In this document: in pieces, positions 7,907 to 17,723 of the stretch
How the letters are laid out: the number at the start of each line of letters is the position of its first letter
Numbering within the stretch: position 1 is the first letter of the stretch
NCBI GenBank assembly: GCA_041659445.1
Contig: JBAZYG010000001.1
Coordinates: forward strand, 1 to 32,000
Length of the DNA: 32,000 nucleotides
Direction: 5' to 3'
Source: Candidatus Saccharimonadota bacterium
Lineage (GTDB): Archaea; Nanobdellota; Nanobdellia; Pacearchaeales; GW2011-AR1
Notes under the pieces: generated by a model
Seen by the model: the letters and a program-made list of their open reading frames with translations, nothing else
Told to the model about the DNA's origin: nothing
Database searches by the model: none
Program-made: the position numbers and the translations under genes

Positions 7907-8218
7907 ATGGGAACAAGGAATGTTGTTCAAAAAAGATTAATGAAATTTGTTAAAAAGTATTATAATCATCTTTCTTTAGAGGATAAAAAAGAATTTAAGG
8001 AATTTTTTATTCGAAATGAAAAAAAAGAAAATGGTTTAGAAAAAAGTTTAGTTTCCAGTGTTTTTCTTATGATTTTTATTGCAGGCTTATTTTTTTCAGT
8101 TCCAAAAATTACAGGGGGAGTTATCGGCGTTTCTAAATTTGGTTCAAGTATTATTGGAAGTATCTTAATGATTATTGGTATTGTTGGTTCTTTTTTTTAT
8201 ATGTTTTTTAATAAATGA
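7907..8218 (+). CDS. Hypothetical membrane protein (basic N-terminus, 2 C-terminal TM)
   Basis: Starts 3 nt after the previous stop. Hydrophobic segments SVFLMIFIAGLFFSV and IIGSILMIIGIVGSFFYMFF. Confidence 0.45.
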   Translation: MGTRNVVQKRLMKFVKKYYNHLSLEDKKEFKEFFIRNEKKENGLEKSLVSSVFLMIFIAGLFFSVPKITGGVIGVSKFGSSIIGSILMIIGIVGSFFYMFFNK

Positions 8219-8277
8219 TTTTTAATTTTATCTTCATATAAACAAATATTTATATACATTATTTTTCTAATTTTGTT

Positions 8278-10137
8278 ATGGTTATGTTAACAAGAAAAAG
8301 AGGACAAGTTACAATTTTTGTGATTATTGCTTTGGTGTTAATTTTAGCTGTTGGAGGTTTTTTTTTAATTAAAAGTCAACTTCAAAAAAAGACAAGTTTT
8401 CCTGCTTTTGCCGAACCTATTGAAACAACTTTTTTAGATTGCTTAGAACAAAGAACATTAGACGGAATTTCAATTTTAGAAACCAATGGAGGTTCTCTTT
8501 ATTTTGATGATTTTGAAATTGGTTCAAGATACATGCCTTTTTCATCACATTTGAGTTTTATGGGAAATGAAATTCCTTATTGGTTTTATATTTCTGGAAA
8601 TAATATTCCAAGAGAAAATATTCCTACAAAAGAAAGTATGCAACAAGATTTAGAAAGATTTATTGAGAATAGTATTTCTAAATGTGATTTGACTTCATAT
8701 TATGATCAAGGATTTATTTTATCAAAAGGAGTTCCAGAAGCAACAGTTAAAATTAACGAAGGTTCAATTAATGTTGTTTTAAATATGGATTTAGAAATAT
8801 CTAAAGGTGCAGAAAATTATCTTATTAAAGAACATTCAGTAGAAGTTAAATCAAACTTGAAAAAATTATATGAAGATGCTGTTGATGTTTATAATTTTGA
8901 GCAAAAAGAATTTTTCTTAGAAAATTATTCTGTTGATTTTTTGAGATTGTATGCTCCTGTCGACGGAGTTGAAATTAGTTGTTCACCAAAAGTTTGGAGC
9001 GCAAGTAATGTTTCTGAAACTTTGAGAGATGCAGTAGAGCTAAACACTTTTGCTTTGAAAAATAAAGGAGATAAAAATGATTATTTTGCATTGAATTTGC
9101 CTGTTGAAAGTGAAGTTAGGTTTATTACATCAAAGACTTGGCCTTATTCTTTTGAAGTTTCACCTAACGAAGGAGATTCTTTAGTTGCAAAGCCTGTCGG
9201 AAATCAAGAAGGTTTGGGAGTTCTTGGATTTTGTTATGTCCCTTATCATTTTGTTTATAATTTTGCTTACCCTGTTTTAATTCAAGTTTTAGATGAGCAA
9301 ACAAATGAAGTTTTTCAATTCCCTGTTGCAGTTATTTTACATGGGAACAAACCAAGAGAATCCCTTGATGGGACTTCTTCTGCTCAAGAGTCATCTCAAG
9401 TTTGTGAATATGCAAATACTGAAGCAACAATAACTGTGAAAGATATAAATTCAAAACCAGTTAGCGTCGATGTTTCATATGAATGTTTTGTTTCTTCTAG
9501 TTGTTATCTTGGTCAAACTAATATTAACAATGGTAGTTTAACTGCACTTCTTCCACAATGTATCAATGGAAATTTTATTATTGAATCTCCTGATTATAAA
9601 AATCAAAAGATTATTTATTCAAGTGTTAATCCTGGAAGTTTAATTGTTTCTTTAGACAGAGAATATGAAAAAGAAGTTTCTCTTAAAATTGATGGGATAC
9701 CTTCAAGTAAAAATGCAGTAATTAGTTTTATTTCTTCAGATGGTGAATCTCAAACAATTGTTTATCCAGAATCTAATAAAATTAAATTAAGTTCTGGAAG
9801 TTATCAAATTAAAGTTTATGTTTATGAAAATTCTTCAATTAAATTAGGAGAAACTACAAGTCAACAATGTATTAAAGTTCCAACTGCTTTTGGAAGTATA
9901 ATTGGTATAGAAATAAATAGAAAAGAATGTTATGAAGTAAAAGTTCCAGAACAAATTATTTCAAATGTCCTTGCTGGTGGAGGAGTAACAAGTTATTATT
10001 TTGATGAAGAAGTTTTGTCTGGAAATAATGAGATTATAATCAATTCTCCAAATTTACCTACTCCTACAACAATCGAAGAATTACAGTTGAACTATATTTT
10101 ATATGAAAGTAATGGATTGGAGGTTTCAATTCAATGA
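8278..10137 (+). CDS. Secreted 619-aa protein with a type IV pilin-like (class III) signal peptide
   Basis: The N-terminus MVMLTRKRGQ|VTIFVIIALVLILAVGGFFLI has a basic stretch, then G-Q, then a ~20-aa hydrophobic helix. That is the archaeal prepilin-peptidase substrate pattern. A TATA-like ATATTTATATA lies ~25 nt upstream. The 3' end overlaps the next gene by ATGA. Confidence 0.7.
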   Translation: MVMLTRKRGQVTIFVIIALVLILAVGGFFLIKSQLQKKTSFPAFAEPIETTFLDCLEQRTLDGISILETNGGSLYFDDFEIGSRYMPFSSHLSFMGNEIPYWFYISGNNIPRENIPTKESMQQDLERFIENSISKCDLTSYYDQGFILSKGVPEATVKINEGSINVVLNMDLEISKGAENYLIKEHSVEVKSNLKKLYEDAVDVYNFEQKEFFLENYSVDFLRLYAPVDGVEISCSPKVWSASNVSETLRDAVELNTFALKNKGDKNDYFALNLPVESEVRFITSKTWPYSFEVSPNEGDSLVAKPVGNQEGLGVLGFCYVPYHFVYNFAYPVLIQVLDEQTNEVFQFPVAVILHGNKPRESLDGTSSAQESSQVCEYANTEATITVKDINSKPVSVDVSYECFVSSSCYLGQTNINNGSLTALLPQCINGNFIIESPDYKNQKIIYSSVNPGSLIVSLDREYEKEVSLKIDGIPSSKNAVISFISSDGESQTIVYPESNKIKLSSGSYQIKVYVYENSSIKLGETTSQQCIKVPTAFGSIIGIEINRKECYEVKVPEQIISNVLAGGGVTSYYFDEEVLSGNNEIIINSPNLPTPTTIEELQLNYILYESNGLEVSIQ

Positions 10138-13100
10138 TAAAAAATAAAAGCAAGAAATATTTTGCATTTTTTGCAATGTTTTTTTTAATTAGTATTTTTT
10201 TAATTTCTTTTTCTTTAGCTTCTTATACAGAGAGCAATATAAAATATTATTATGGTGGTTCTTCATTTTCAACTTCAAATATTGCAGATATTTATAATAC
10301 TGAATTATGCACAGAAGGAACAGATTTTATTTTGCAAATAGATCCTGCTGGTTGCACTCCTGCTGTTATAAGAAGTGATTTATTAGAAGAACAAAATGTT
10401 CCTGTATTTTGTCCAATTCGAGCAATTAAGGTAAATCCTCTAATTGACGTCGATGCGATTAGTTCTATGACTTTTTCAGGAGAATATTCTTCAAGTCAAG
10501 TAAGCACTGTTGGGTTTTATGGTTCTCGTTCTGCTTTAGGTTATAATGAAGAAATAAACTCTTTCAATTATCAAACTGTAGGATATGCTGTTATAATTTT
10601 AAGAAGTCAACCAAATGAATCTGCTCTTGAAAATTGTGAAAAAGAAACATTAGGAGAAGTTTGTTGGGTTGAAGGAAATCTTACTGCACTTATTTCTTAT
10701 GATATTGAAAATGCTTTTGGATTAAGAACCAGTCAATTTTATTTGCCTGTATTAAGCGACAGCGAATGGAATCTTCAAAAAAATAAATATTATTTTTGGG
10801 ATGCAAGAGGATATTTAAGAGCAGAAGAAATTGGCGATGATAGTGCAAAAATAACTATTTATTCAGATGTTTCAAAAACAACATTTGAAGGGAACACTGG
10901 TGAAAAAAGAAAAGTTGGAAGTGAAACATTAAATGTTGGAGAAAGTTCTGATGTATATTATCTTCCTGGTTTAGGGTGTTTTGCAAGTTTAAGATTAAAA
11001 TTAAAAGATATTCAAGGTATGGATACTTATGCAAATTTAAAAATAAATTCAGAATATTATAACGCTGTTGAAGGAGAATATTTTTTAGATAATAAATGTA
11101 GAGTTATAGATTTATCAAATGAAGGAATTAATCAAAGAGCAACAATAAAATGTAATGAAGATAGAGAAGAAGGTTCATTTAGTTTATTTGGTAGTTCAGG
11201 TACTTATAATTTAGAAGTTGTTCCAAGACTTTCAATAATTGTTGGAGAAAATGGGAATGATGTTCTTAAAAAAGTTCAAATAGGTGATTTATTATATAAT
11301 TCAGGTTCGAGATCTATTTACTTAGGTTATGCTAATGAAGTTTTTAATGATGAAAATCCCGATGGTGTTCTTAAAGCTTATTTAATTTCAATTACAGATT
11401 CTGAAGCAAAAAAATTGAAAGACCCTAATAAATTAGATGCAGATTTAATTCAATATGTTAAAGAAATTGTTGAAGGATTAAATGTTCAAGATAGAGAAGG
11501 TGTTTCAACTTTGGGAGATGCAGTTTCTAAAGGAATTAATTGGGTTTCTTCAGGTTTTAGAAAACAATGGGCTTCATTAATCGACGGAGATTCATATGCT
11601 ACTTTAGAAATGGGGCAAATAGAAGAATTTGAAGGAAAAGAATTTGAATTACTTAATTTTGCAGAAGGAGATAATTTTGATTTATATGACGATGTTCAGG
11701 CATATTATGACAAAGCAATTATAGATTATAATACTCTTATAGAAAATTATATTAATGAAAAATACCCAACAGATGCACAAAAAACACTTGCAGAACAAGC
11801 ATCTGAAAATAAAATACTTTTAGCAGATTATCTCAAGCAAAATTATGATGTGAGAGAGTTTTGTCAAGAATATCAATCTTATTATCCTAATTCTGAGATT
11901 CCAGAAATTTGCACAGACCTTGAAAGAAATTCAAATGAAGGAATTTCTGAAATGAGCGTTTTAATCGACGGAAGAGTAAAATCTATTTCTTTAGTTAGTG
12001 TTCATGAACCAACTTATAATGATTATGGTGTGGATTTATTAGTTAGAAATTCAGATGGAACAGTTAATGAATATTATTTGACAAAAAATAAGAAAATTTA
12101 TATCAATACTACAAGTGATGAATTTGTAAAGCTTCTTTCAATCGACGACAAAGAAACAGTTAAGATTCAAATTTCTGCAAATAAAAATGACCGTCTTTCA
12201 AAATCAGAAGATTTCTTTTTAGGAGATTATCAAACTATGAAAAAAGATGTTTCATATGAATTTGGAACTAATTATGTTTTTTCTGTTCAAGATATTAATT
12301 TAAGAGAATATGCAAAAGTTGAAGTTGTTCCAGATATAGAACATTCGCGTTCTGAAGCAAGTTTTAAATTTAAAATTGGTGTTGAAAAAAGAGGAATTCA
12401 ACTTTCTCCTGAAGTCACAAAAAATAAAATTGACTCTTTGAATAAAACTATAGAACAATGGACAAAGATTTCTGATGATTTAGGAAGTGTTATTACAACT
12501 ATGAAAAGCGCTTGTTTGCTTACAGGAAGTTATTTGACTGTTAAAAATCTTTTAGAAAATTCAGACGGAAAATCAATAGCAAGGCAAAATGTAATGCAAG
12601 GAGAAGGTGGCTGGAATGAAAGATGTGCTGATTTTGTTTCATCTGGAAAATATTCTTCTAAAGAAAAATGTTTTTTGGAAAATTCAGATCAAATTGAAAA
12701 AGATGTTGACGAATATTATCAAGCAATGTCTGAACAAAATGGGGAAATTAAAAAATTACAAGAGGAATATATAATTGATAAAGGATTTTTAGGAGAAACA
12801 AGAATTGATACTGATGCATTTTTAAAAAATTATTCTAATAAAGTTGGAGAAAGTTTAAGTGGAGATATAACTGATGAAGAAGGGAATACAATAAATTTAA
12901 ATGAATTTAGTAATCTTTTTACTTCTTCAAATGCTTCTGATTTAGGTTTGTATAATATAGAAGAAGTAAGAGAAATTGAATTGAATTATAATTTGTGGAA
13001 AGAAACAGGAAATGATATTTATCAGCAAAGATTATATCATGCAATTTATGATGTTAATGAAAACTCTTTAGAATATAAAAAAGTATTACAAGCACAATCT

Positions 13101-16100
13101 AGTGCAAACAGCGACGGTTTTGAAGGAATGAATTTTCCAGTTTATTCTGATAAAAATAAAAAACAAGAAACTTATCAAGGATTTGTAACAAAAAATTCTG
13201 GTTGGTGGGGAGATGCTGGAACTCTAATTCAAGGAATAACTTATAATGGAAAACAATATTATGTCACATTGAAGGATGTTGGAAATAATCAATATGTTAT
13301 AATTGATGTTTATGATTTAGATGGGATAAAAACTGATGAATATAATTACATAAAAGATAAATATTCTTATTTTAAGAGATATGATTCTTCAAGTTATCAA
13401 AATGAATATAAAAATTATGAAGTTAGATTTTATGAATCAGAACCTTATACTGGGTTACCTGCAATAATTCCTTTAAGTATTTCAAAAGGATGGTATGTTT
13501 ACATTGAGCAAGCACTTCCTTTTGCAGGAGAAATAGCAAGTTATGATTTATCTGGTGCAGTTAATAGTTATTGGCTTTGTAACGTCGGAGAAAATGGATT
13601 AGAAGAATTTAATTCAGGAATTAACGACGATATTTGTCAACTTATAAATAAAGGAACACACCAACCATATGACCAATTTTCAGGGCTTAGTGAAAAGGAG
13701 GCTTCAGAATTAGTGAATTTTGCAGAGTCAAGTATTGAATCTGTTTCAAGGCAATATGAAAGTGCTCTTAAATCTAGAAGAGTTAGCGTTGAATTAATTG
13801 AAGGTGGTTCCCCTAAAACAATTATAGTTGGAGAACCTGAAACAAATGTCCCTGGTTTTGAATGTAGTGATTACATGTCTGTTAAAGATTGTCAATTATT
13901 ATTTAATGTTTGTGACCCTGTTGTGTGTCCTAGTTCAAGATGTGATTTTGGAGGACAATATCCTGTAAAAGATGTTATTCAATCTGGAATTATTGGAAGT
14001 ATTGCTTTGTGTTTGCCAAATTATAAAGAAGGAATTTATATGCCTGTTTGTTTAACTGGTTTGAAATCTGGAATTGATAGTTGGCTTTCAGTTTCAAAAT
14101 CTTATCAAGATTGTTTGCAAACAAGTTTAGATAGTGGTGAAACTGTTGGAGTTTGCGACGAGATTAATAGTATTTATATGTGTGAATTTTTTTGGAGACA
14201 AGCATTGCCTTTAGCAAAATTAACTATTCCAAAAATAATAACTGCTTTAACAGGAGAAAATGTTAGAGGTGGAGGAGAATATTTGGGTCTTGAAAGTGCT
14301 TGGCAAAATGCACAAGACTCTGTCGATTATTTAACAGATTATTATGCAGTTAATACTTTTAATGCATTTAAATTTAGGGATACTGATCAAGTTGGAAGTG
14401 CAGTTTGTAAAAACTTTGTTTCTTTAACATATCCTGAAGGAGCAAGTTTGCTTGAATCTTTGACAACTCCTGATTCTCCTGCTCAATTTTATGGAAGGTT
14501 TGATGAAATTCCGTTGACAACTGCAACAAATCCTCCAATTTCTCAATATAAAGTTTATTATCATATTTATGCAGGAACTGATAGAGGTGCTTATTATCAG
14601 GTTTATCTTCGAGGAGAACTTGAAAGTTCATTTTATCAATCAGGTGTTGGAAGATTAATTAATTCTGGATATATTGCTAAAGGAGAATATGCAAGTGAGA
14701 CAAGAGATATTACTGGACCAGAAGGATTTACAGAATTATGTATAAACGTTAATGGTCAAGAAGAATGCGGTTTTGGAGAAGTCACAACTAGTTTTGCTTT
14801 TGATTATATAAAAGATCAATATTTGAAAGGACAAGTAACAGAAAGTAATATTACATCGCAAAAAGAATGTATTTCTGGAAGTGCAGATATTTACAGTTTG
14901 CTTAATCCAAATGTGCAAGAAGGAGTTGATAATTTAATTAATCCACAAATTTACAATAAAGGAATTACAAGAATTTGTGCAACAGATAACCCTGGAAGTT
15001 CTTCAGATATTTCTGTTGGTTCTTCTGATCAAAGATGGATTGAAGTTGGTTATTGCGACGATGTAAATGTTAAATGTTGGTTGGACACAGAAACACTTTC
15101 AGATGCATTTAATTTTGAAACAACTTCAAATCAAGCATTAGGAGAGGTTATTGATGATTATGTACAAACATTATTAAATAATAATTCAAATTACATAGAC
15201 TCAAATGAATTTAAAGAAGAGTTGTCTAAAATAGAAAATGTCGACGATCCTAAAGAAAAAATTAATCATATAAATACAATCCTTAATAAAATATTTTTCA
15301 ATAATGAAAAAGCTTATTTATACTTTTTACGAGGAGAAAATAATGGGCTTTTAGCAAAGGCTTATTTTTTTACTTTTACAGAACCTTTACAAGACCATGT
15401 TCAATCTTATTACAAAGATAATTATTATTGTGAAGATTTTAGTGTAGAAGAAAAGAAAGATTTAATTGAAGAAGAATTGGGAGAAGGTTCTACTAATAAT
15501 TTTACAGAATATCAAATTGAAACAACATTTCGTAATGAAGTGGAAATTCCTTTTATTGAAGATGTTTTTAATGCAAATGAAATAGATACTAGTAATTTAA
15601 CAACTGCACAAATTTATGATAAATATAGAAATGAATTTTGTGATACTTATGAAATAGAATATGAAGAACCATTTGAAAATCAATTTAAAGAAGTTTCTCC
15701 AAAATTTGAATTTGAAAATGGATTTAATTATAGAGGTAATTTGTGTTATCAATATGCTGATGGACAATGGTATTGGACAAAGAATTGTGATTCTGTAGGA
15801 GATATTGTAGTAAGTGGTATAACACCAACATTATTTTATCCTCAGATATATACTGTTGATTGGATTCCAACTTCAAGTATAATTAATCCTTATGGAAATG
15901 AACCAAGTGACGACGATGCTGTATTTATTCAACAATTAAATTCAGCGTCTATGGAAGAAGGTGTTGATTTACTTGTTAAAAGAACATTAGCAGATAATGA
16001 AAATTATACTTGGTTTTGGGGACTTTTCACTACTGGAAATTCTTTTGGAGATACAAAATTAATTACTAAAAATGTTGAATTAACTTCAGATGGGATTTTT

Positions 16101-17666
16101 TTAGTTGATACTGACGGATGGAGAGAAGAACTTGAATTTTATTTTAAAAAACCTTCTTCTGATTCTTATTCTTATTATTGGTATTGGAAATTTTCAGATC
16201 TTGGAGATGAAGGTGAAAATTGGATAAGAGTAACTGAAACTACTCATCCAAAAAAAACTTATGCTTCATTGACAACACTTGAAAAAAATATTTTAAATGG
16301 TTTGAATGGAATTGAATTTTTAAATGGGGCAAGATTTTTATTTTTAGAGGTTCAATCATTGCCTAGTTATGATGGGGGAAATGAATCTGCTATCAATATT
16401 ACAGAGAAAAATAAAGATTTGATAAAGGCAATGAAAGATGCTTCGGGATTAACGGGAAAAGCATATATTTCTATTGGAGGAAAAGATATTGAAGAAAATA
16501 TCGCTTTTGTTGATAAACTTTGTTCAGGTTATTATGTTGTAGATATTTCTGTTGAACAATGTGAAGATATTAAAGGACATAGTTCTAGTGCAAATGCATG
16601 GACTAATACTTGGAATGGCGTGGAAGAAATGTCTTTTGTTAAAAGTATTTTAATCTCGCTCAGCGACCAGACTTATGGAAAATGGATACATGAATCTGCA
16701 TTATTAGAAGTTGAAAATCTTAAAGAAGACGGGGGATATCTATCTTATGATGCTTATAATGATTTTGTTTTAGAATTGTATGACGACGGAGTTATTAATC
16801 AAGAATTTTATGAATTTCAAAAAGAGAAAGAACATTTAGAGAAAATAAATCTTTTGTATGATTATTTGACTAAAGGAAGCGTACCTATTGTTCTTACAGA
16901 TAAAGATTATCAATGCAAGGAATTAGGCGGGGAATGCAAATATACTTCTCTTTATAAATGTAGTAAATCATGGGTAACAGGTAAATGTTTGGCTGATCAA
17001 AGTAGTGATTATTTATGTTGTACAGGAATAACAAGTGAAAAAGATTTTGATTTTGATTTTGTAAAAAGAGATCCTGCAGTTTTAACAGAGATGATAAAAT
17101 ATTTAAAAGATTCTGGAACAAAAGTAGTTAGTAGAAGTTGTGTTTGTGGAAGTGATAGTAGATGTAGCACATATGCAAAATTAATTTCTGAACAAACTGC
17201 TTCAAACGGACTTCCTGATGAATTATTGTTTTTATCTTTAATAATGCAAGAATCTTCTTGCATTTCTACAAGCGTTAGTTCTTCAGGTGCTATTGGATTA
17301 ACTCAAATTATGCCGTCGACATTCAAAGATTTTTGTGCAGGAAAATCTGGATTTGAATTTATCAATGATGTTTCTCAAATTAAAAATGATCCTCAAGCTC
17401 AATTAAAATGTGGGGCAATTATTTTTAGAGGAAAATATAATTCTTATAAAAATGGGTTGAGTTCTACCACAATTTCAAAGTATTGTAGTAATGTTGCTTT
17501 AATTAATAAATATGCAAGTTATACTGACTGGGATGCTGCTTTAAGAGGATATAATGGTTGGGGTTGTACAACTGGTGCAGATACGGAGTATGTTGAAAAT
17601 GTCATGACAAGATATAATTCTCTTGTTTCAATTTATGAAGAAAAACCTTGGGAAAGTGTTGCTTAA
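10134..17666 (+). CDS. Giant (2510 aa) secreted or membrane-anchored protein with a Cys-rich central module, a C-terminal Cys-knot-like module and an SLT lytic-transglycosylase domain
   Basis: Uninterrupted ORF. A GGAGGT SD at 10119-10124 lies 9 nt upstream of the ATG, inside the upstream gene. N-terminal signal/anchor FAFFAMFFLISIFLISFSLA. The C-terminal motifs are listed under the SLT feature. Confidence 0.85.
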   Translation: MIKNKSKKYFAFFAMFFLISIFLISFSLASYTESNIKYYYGGSSFSTSNIADIYNTELCTEGTDFILQIDPAGCTPAVIRSDLLEEQNVPVFCPIRAIKVNPLIDVDAISSMTFSGEYSSSQVSTVGFYGSRSALGYNEEINSFNYQTVGYAVIILRSQPNESALENCEKETLGEVCWVEGNLTALISYDIENAFGLRTSQFYLPVLSDSEWNLQKNKYYFWDARGYLRAEEIGDDSAKITIYSDVSKTTFEGNTGEKRKVGSETLNVGESSDVYYLPGLGCFASLRLKLKDIQGMDTYANLKINSEYYNAVEGEYFLDNKCRVIDLSNEGINQRATIKCNEDREEGSFSLFGSSGTYNLEVVPRLSIIVGENGNDVLKKVQIGDLLYNSGSRSIYLGYANEVFNDENPDGVLKAYLISITDSEAKKLKDPNKLDADLIQYVKEIVEGLNVQDREGVSTLGDAVSKGINWVSSGFRKQWASLIDGDSYATLEMGQIEEFEGKEFELLNFAEGDNFDLYDDVQAYYDKAIIDYNTLIENYINEKYPTDAQKTLAEQASENKILLADYLKQNYDVREFCQEYQSYYPNSEIPEICTDLERNSNEGISEMSVLIDGRVKSISLVSVHEPTYNDYGVDLLVRNSDGTVNEYYLTKNKKIYINTTSDEFVKLLSIDDKETVKIQISANKNDRLSKSEDFFLGDYQTMKKDVSYEFGTNYVFSVQDINLREYAKVEVVPDIEHSRSEASFKFKIGVEKRGIQLSPEVTKNKIDSLNKTIEQWTKISDDLGSVITTMKSACLLTGSYLTVKNLLENSDGKSIARQNVMQGEGGWNERCADFVSSGKYSSKEKCFLENSDQIEKDVDEYYQAMSEQNGEIKKLQEEYIIDKGFLGETRIDTDAFLKNYSNKVGESLSGDITDEEGNTINLNEFSNLFTSSNASDLGLYNIEEVREIELNYNLWKETGNDIYQQRLYHAIYDVNENSLEYKKVLQAQSSANSDGFEGMNFPVYSDKNKKQETYQGFVTKNSGWWGDAGTLIQGITYNGKQYYVTLKDVGNNQYVIIDVYDLDGIKTDEYNYIKDKYSYFKRYDSSSYQNEYKNYEVRFYESEPYTGLPAIIPLSISKGWYVYIEQALPFAGEIASYDLSGAVNSYWLCNVGENGLEEFNSGINDDICQLINKGTHQPYDQFSGLSEKEASELVNFAESSIESVSRQYESALKSRRVSVELIEGGSPKTIIVGEPETNVPGFECSDYMSVKDCQLLFNVCDPVVCPSSRCDFGGQYPVKDVIQSGIIGSIALCLPNYKEGIYMPVCLTGLKSGIDSWLSVSKSYQDCLQTSLDSGETVGVCDEINSIYMCEFFWRQALPLAKLTIPKIITALTGENVRGGGEYLGLESAWQNAQDSVDYLTDYYAVNTFNAFKFRDTDQVGSAVCKNFVSLTYPEGASLLESLTTPDSPAQFYGRFDEIPLTTATNPPISQYKVYYHIYAGTDRGAYYQVYLRGELESSFYQSGVGRLINSGYIAKGEYASETRDITGPEGFTELCINVNGQEECGFGEVTTSFAFDYIKDQYLKGQVTESNITSQKECISGSADIYSLLNPNVQEGVDNLINPQIYNKGITRICATDNPGSSSDISVGSSDQRWIEVGYCDDVNVKCWLDTETLSDAFNFETTSNQALGEVIDDYVQTLLNNNSNYIDSNEFKEELSKIENVDDPKEKINHINTILNKIFFNNEKAYLYFLRGENNGLLAKAYFFTFTEPLQDHVQSYYKDNYYCEDFSVEEKKDLIEEELGEGSTNNFTEYQIETTFRNEVEIPFIEDVFNANEIDTSNLTTAQIYDKYRNEFCDTYEIEYEEPFENQFKEVSPKFEFENGFNYRGNLCYQYADGQWYWTKNCDSVGDIVVSGITPTLFYPQIYTVDWIPTSSIINPYGNEPSDDDAVFIQQLNSASMEEGVDLLVKRTLADNENYTWFWGLFTTGNSFGDTKLITKNVELTSDGIFLVDTDGWREELEFYFKKPSSDSYSYYWYWKFSDLGDEGENWIRVTETTHPKKTYASLTTLEKNILNGLNGIEFLNGARFLFLEVQSLPSYDGGNESAINITEKNKDLIKAMKDASGLTGKAYISIGGKDIEENIAFVDKLCSGYYVVDISVEQCEDIKGHSSSANAWTNTWNGVEEMSFVKSILISLSDQTYGKWIHESALLEVENLKEDGGYLSYDAYNDFVLELYDDGVINQEFYEFQKEKEHLEKINLLYDYLTKGSVPIVLTDKDYQCKELGGECKYTSLYKCSKSWVTGKCLADQSSDYLCCTGITSEKDFDFDFVKRDPAVLTEMIKYLKDSGTKVVSRSCVCGSDSRCSTYAKLISEQTASNGLPDELLFLSLIMQESSCISTSVSSSGAIGLTQIMPSTFKDFCAGKSGFEFINDVSQIKNDPQAQLKCGAIIFRGKYNSYKNGLSSTTISKYCSNVALINKYASYTDWDAALRGYNGWGCTTGADTEYVENVMTRYNSLVSIYEEKPWESVA
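17160..17630 (+). other. SLT / GH23 lytic-transglycosylase (goose-lysozyme-like) domain at the C-terminus of the giant protein
   Basis: LFLSLIMQESSC (catalytic Glu-Ser; Glu codon at 17250-17252), GAIGLTQIMPSTF (GLxQ motif) and ALRGYNGWG (AYNxG-type motif). Order and spacing match SLT domain 1 enzymes. Confidence 0.75.
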
Positions 17667-17672
17667 TTTTTT
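17667..17672 (+). terminator. Oligo-T tract directly after the giant-gene stop codon
   Basis: TAA at 17664-17666 is followed by TTTTTT. Archaeal terminators are oligo-T runs. Confidence 0.35.
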
Positions 17673-17692
17673 AATTAATTTTTATCTAAAGG

Positions 17693-17702
17693 TTTTTATA
17701 TG
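17693..17702 (+). promoter_or_regulatory. TATA-like box TTTTTATATG for the tRNA-Leu transcription unit
   Basis: Its centre is ~26 nt upstream of 17724, the first copy of the tRNA 5' end. No TATA-like element precedes the intact tRNA at 17824. Confidence 0.45.
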
Positions 17703-17723
17703 AAGATTTTTTAGTTTTTTCAT

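Noticed and set aside
14374-14918. Minus-strand ORFs 14374-14631 and 14736-14918
   Set aside because: They are antisense within the 7.5-kb giant ORF, short and low-complexity.
16894-17263. Minus-strand ORFs 16894-17121 and 17009-17263
   Set aside because: They are antisense to the giant ORF, including its well-supported SLT domain.
10134-17666. Apparent recurrence of TCGAC/CGACG (for example AATCGACGGA, GTCGACGA) among the few CpG sites of the giant gene, as a possible methylation or restriction-related motif
   Set aside because: Most instances are Asp GAC codons followed by Gly or Asp codons (I/V-D-G, D-D), so codon context is the simpler explanation. I cannot compute enrichment statistics here.
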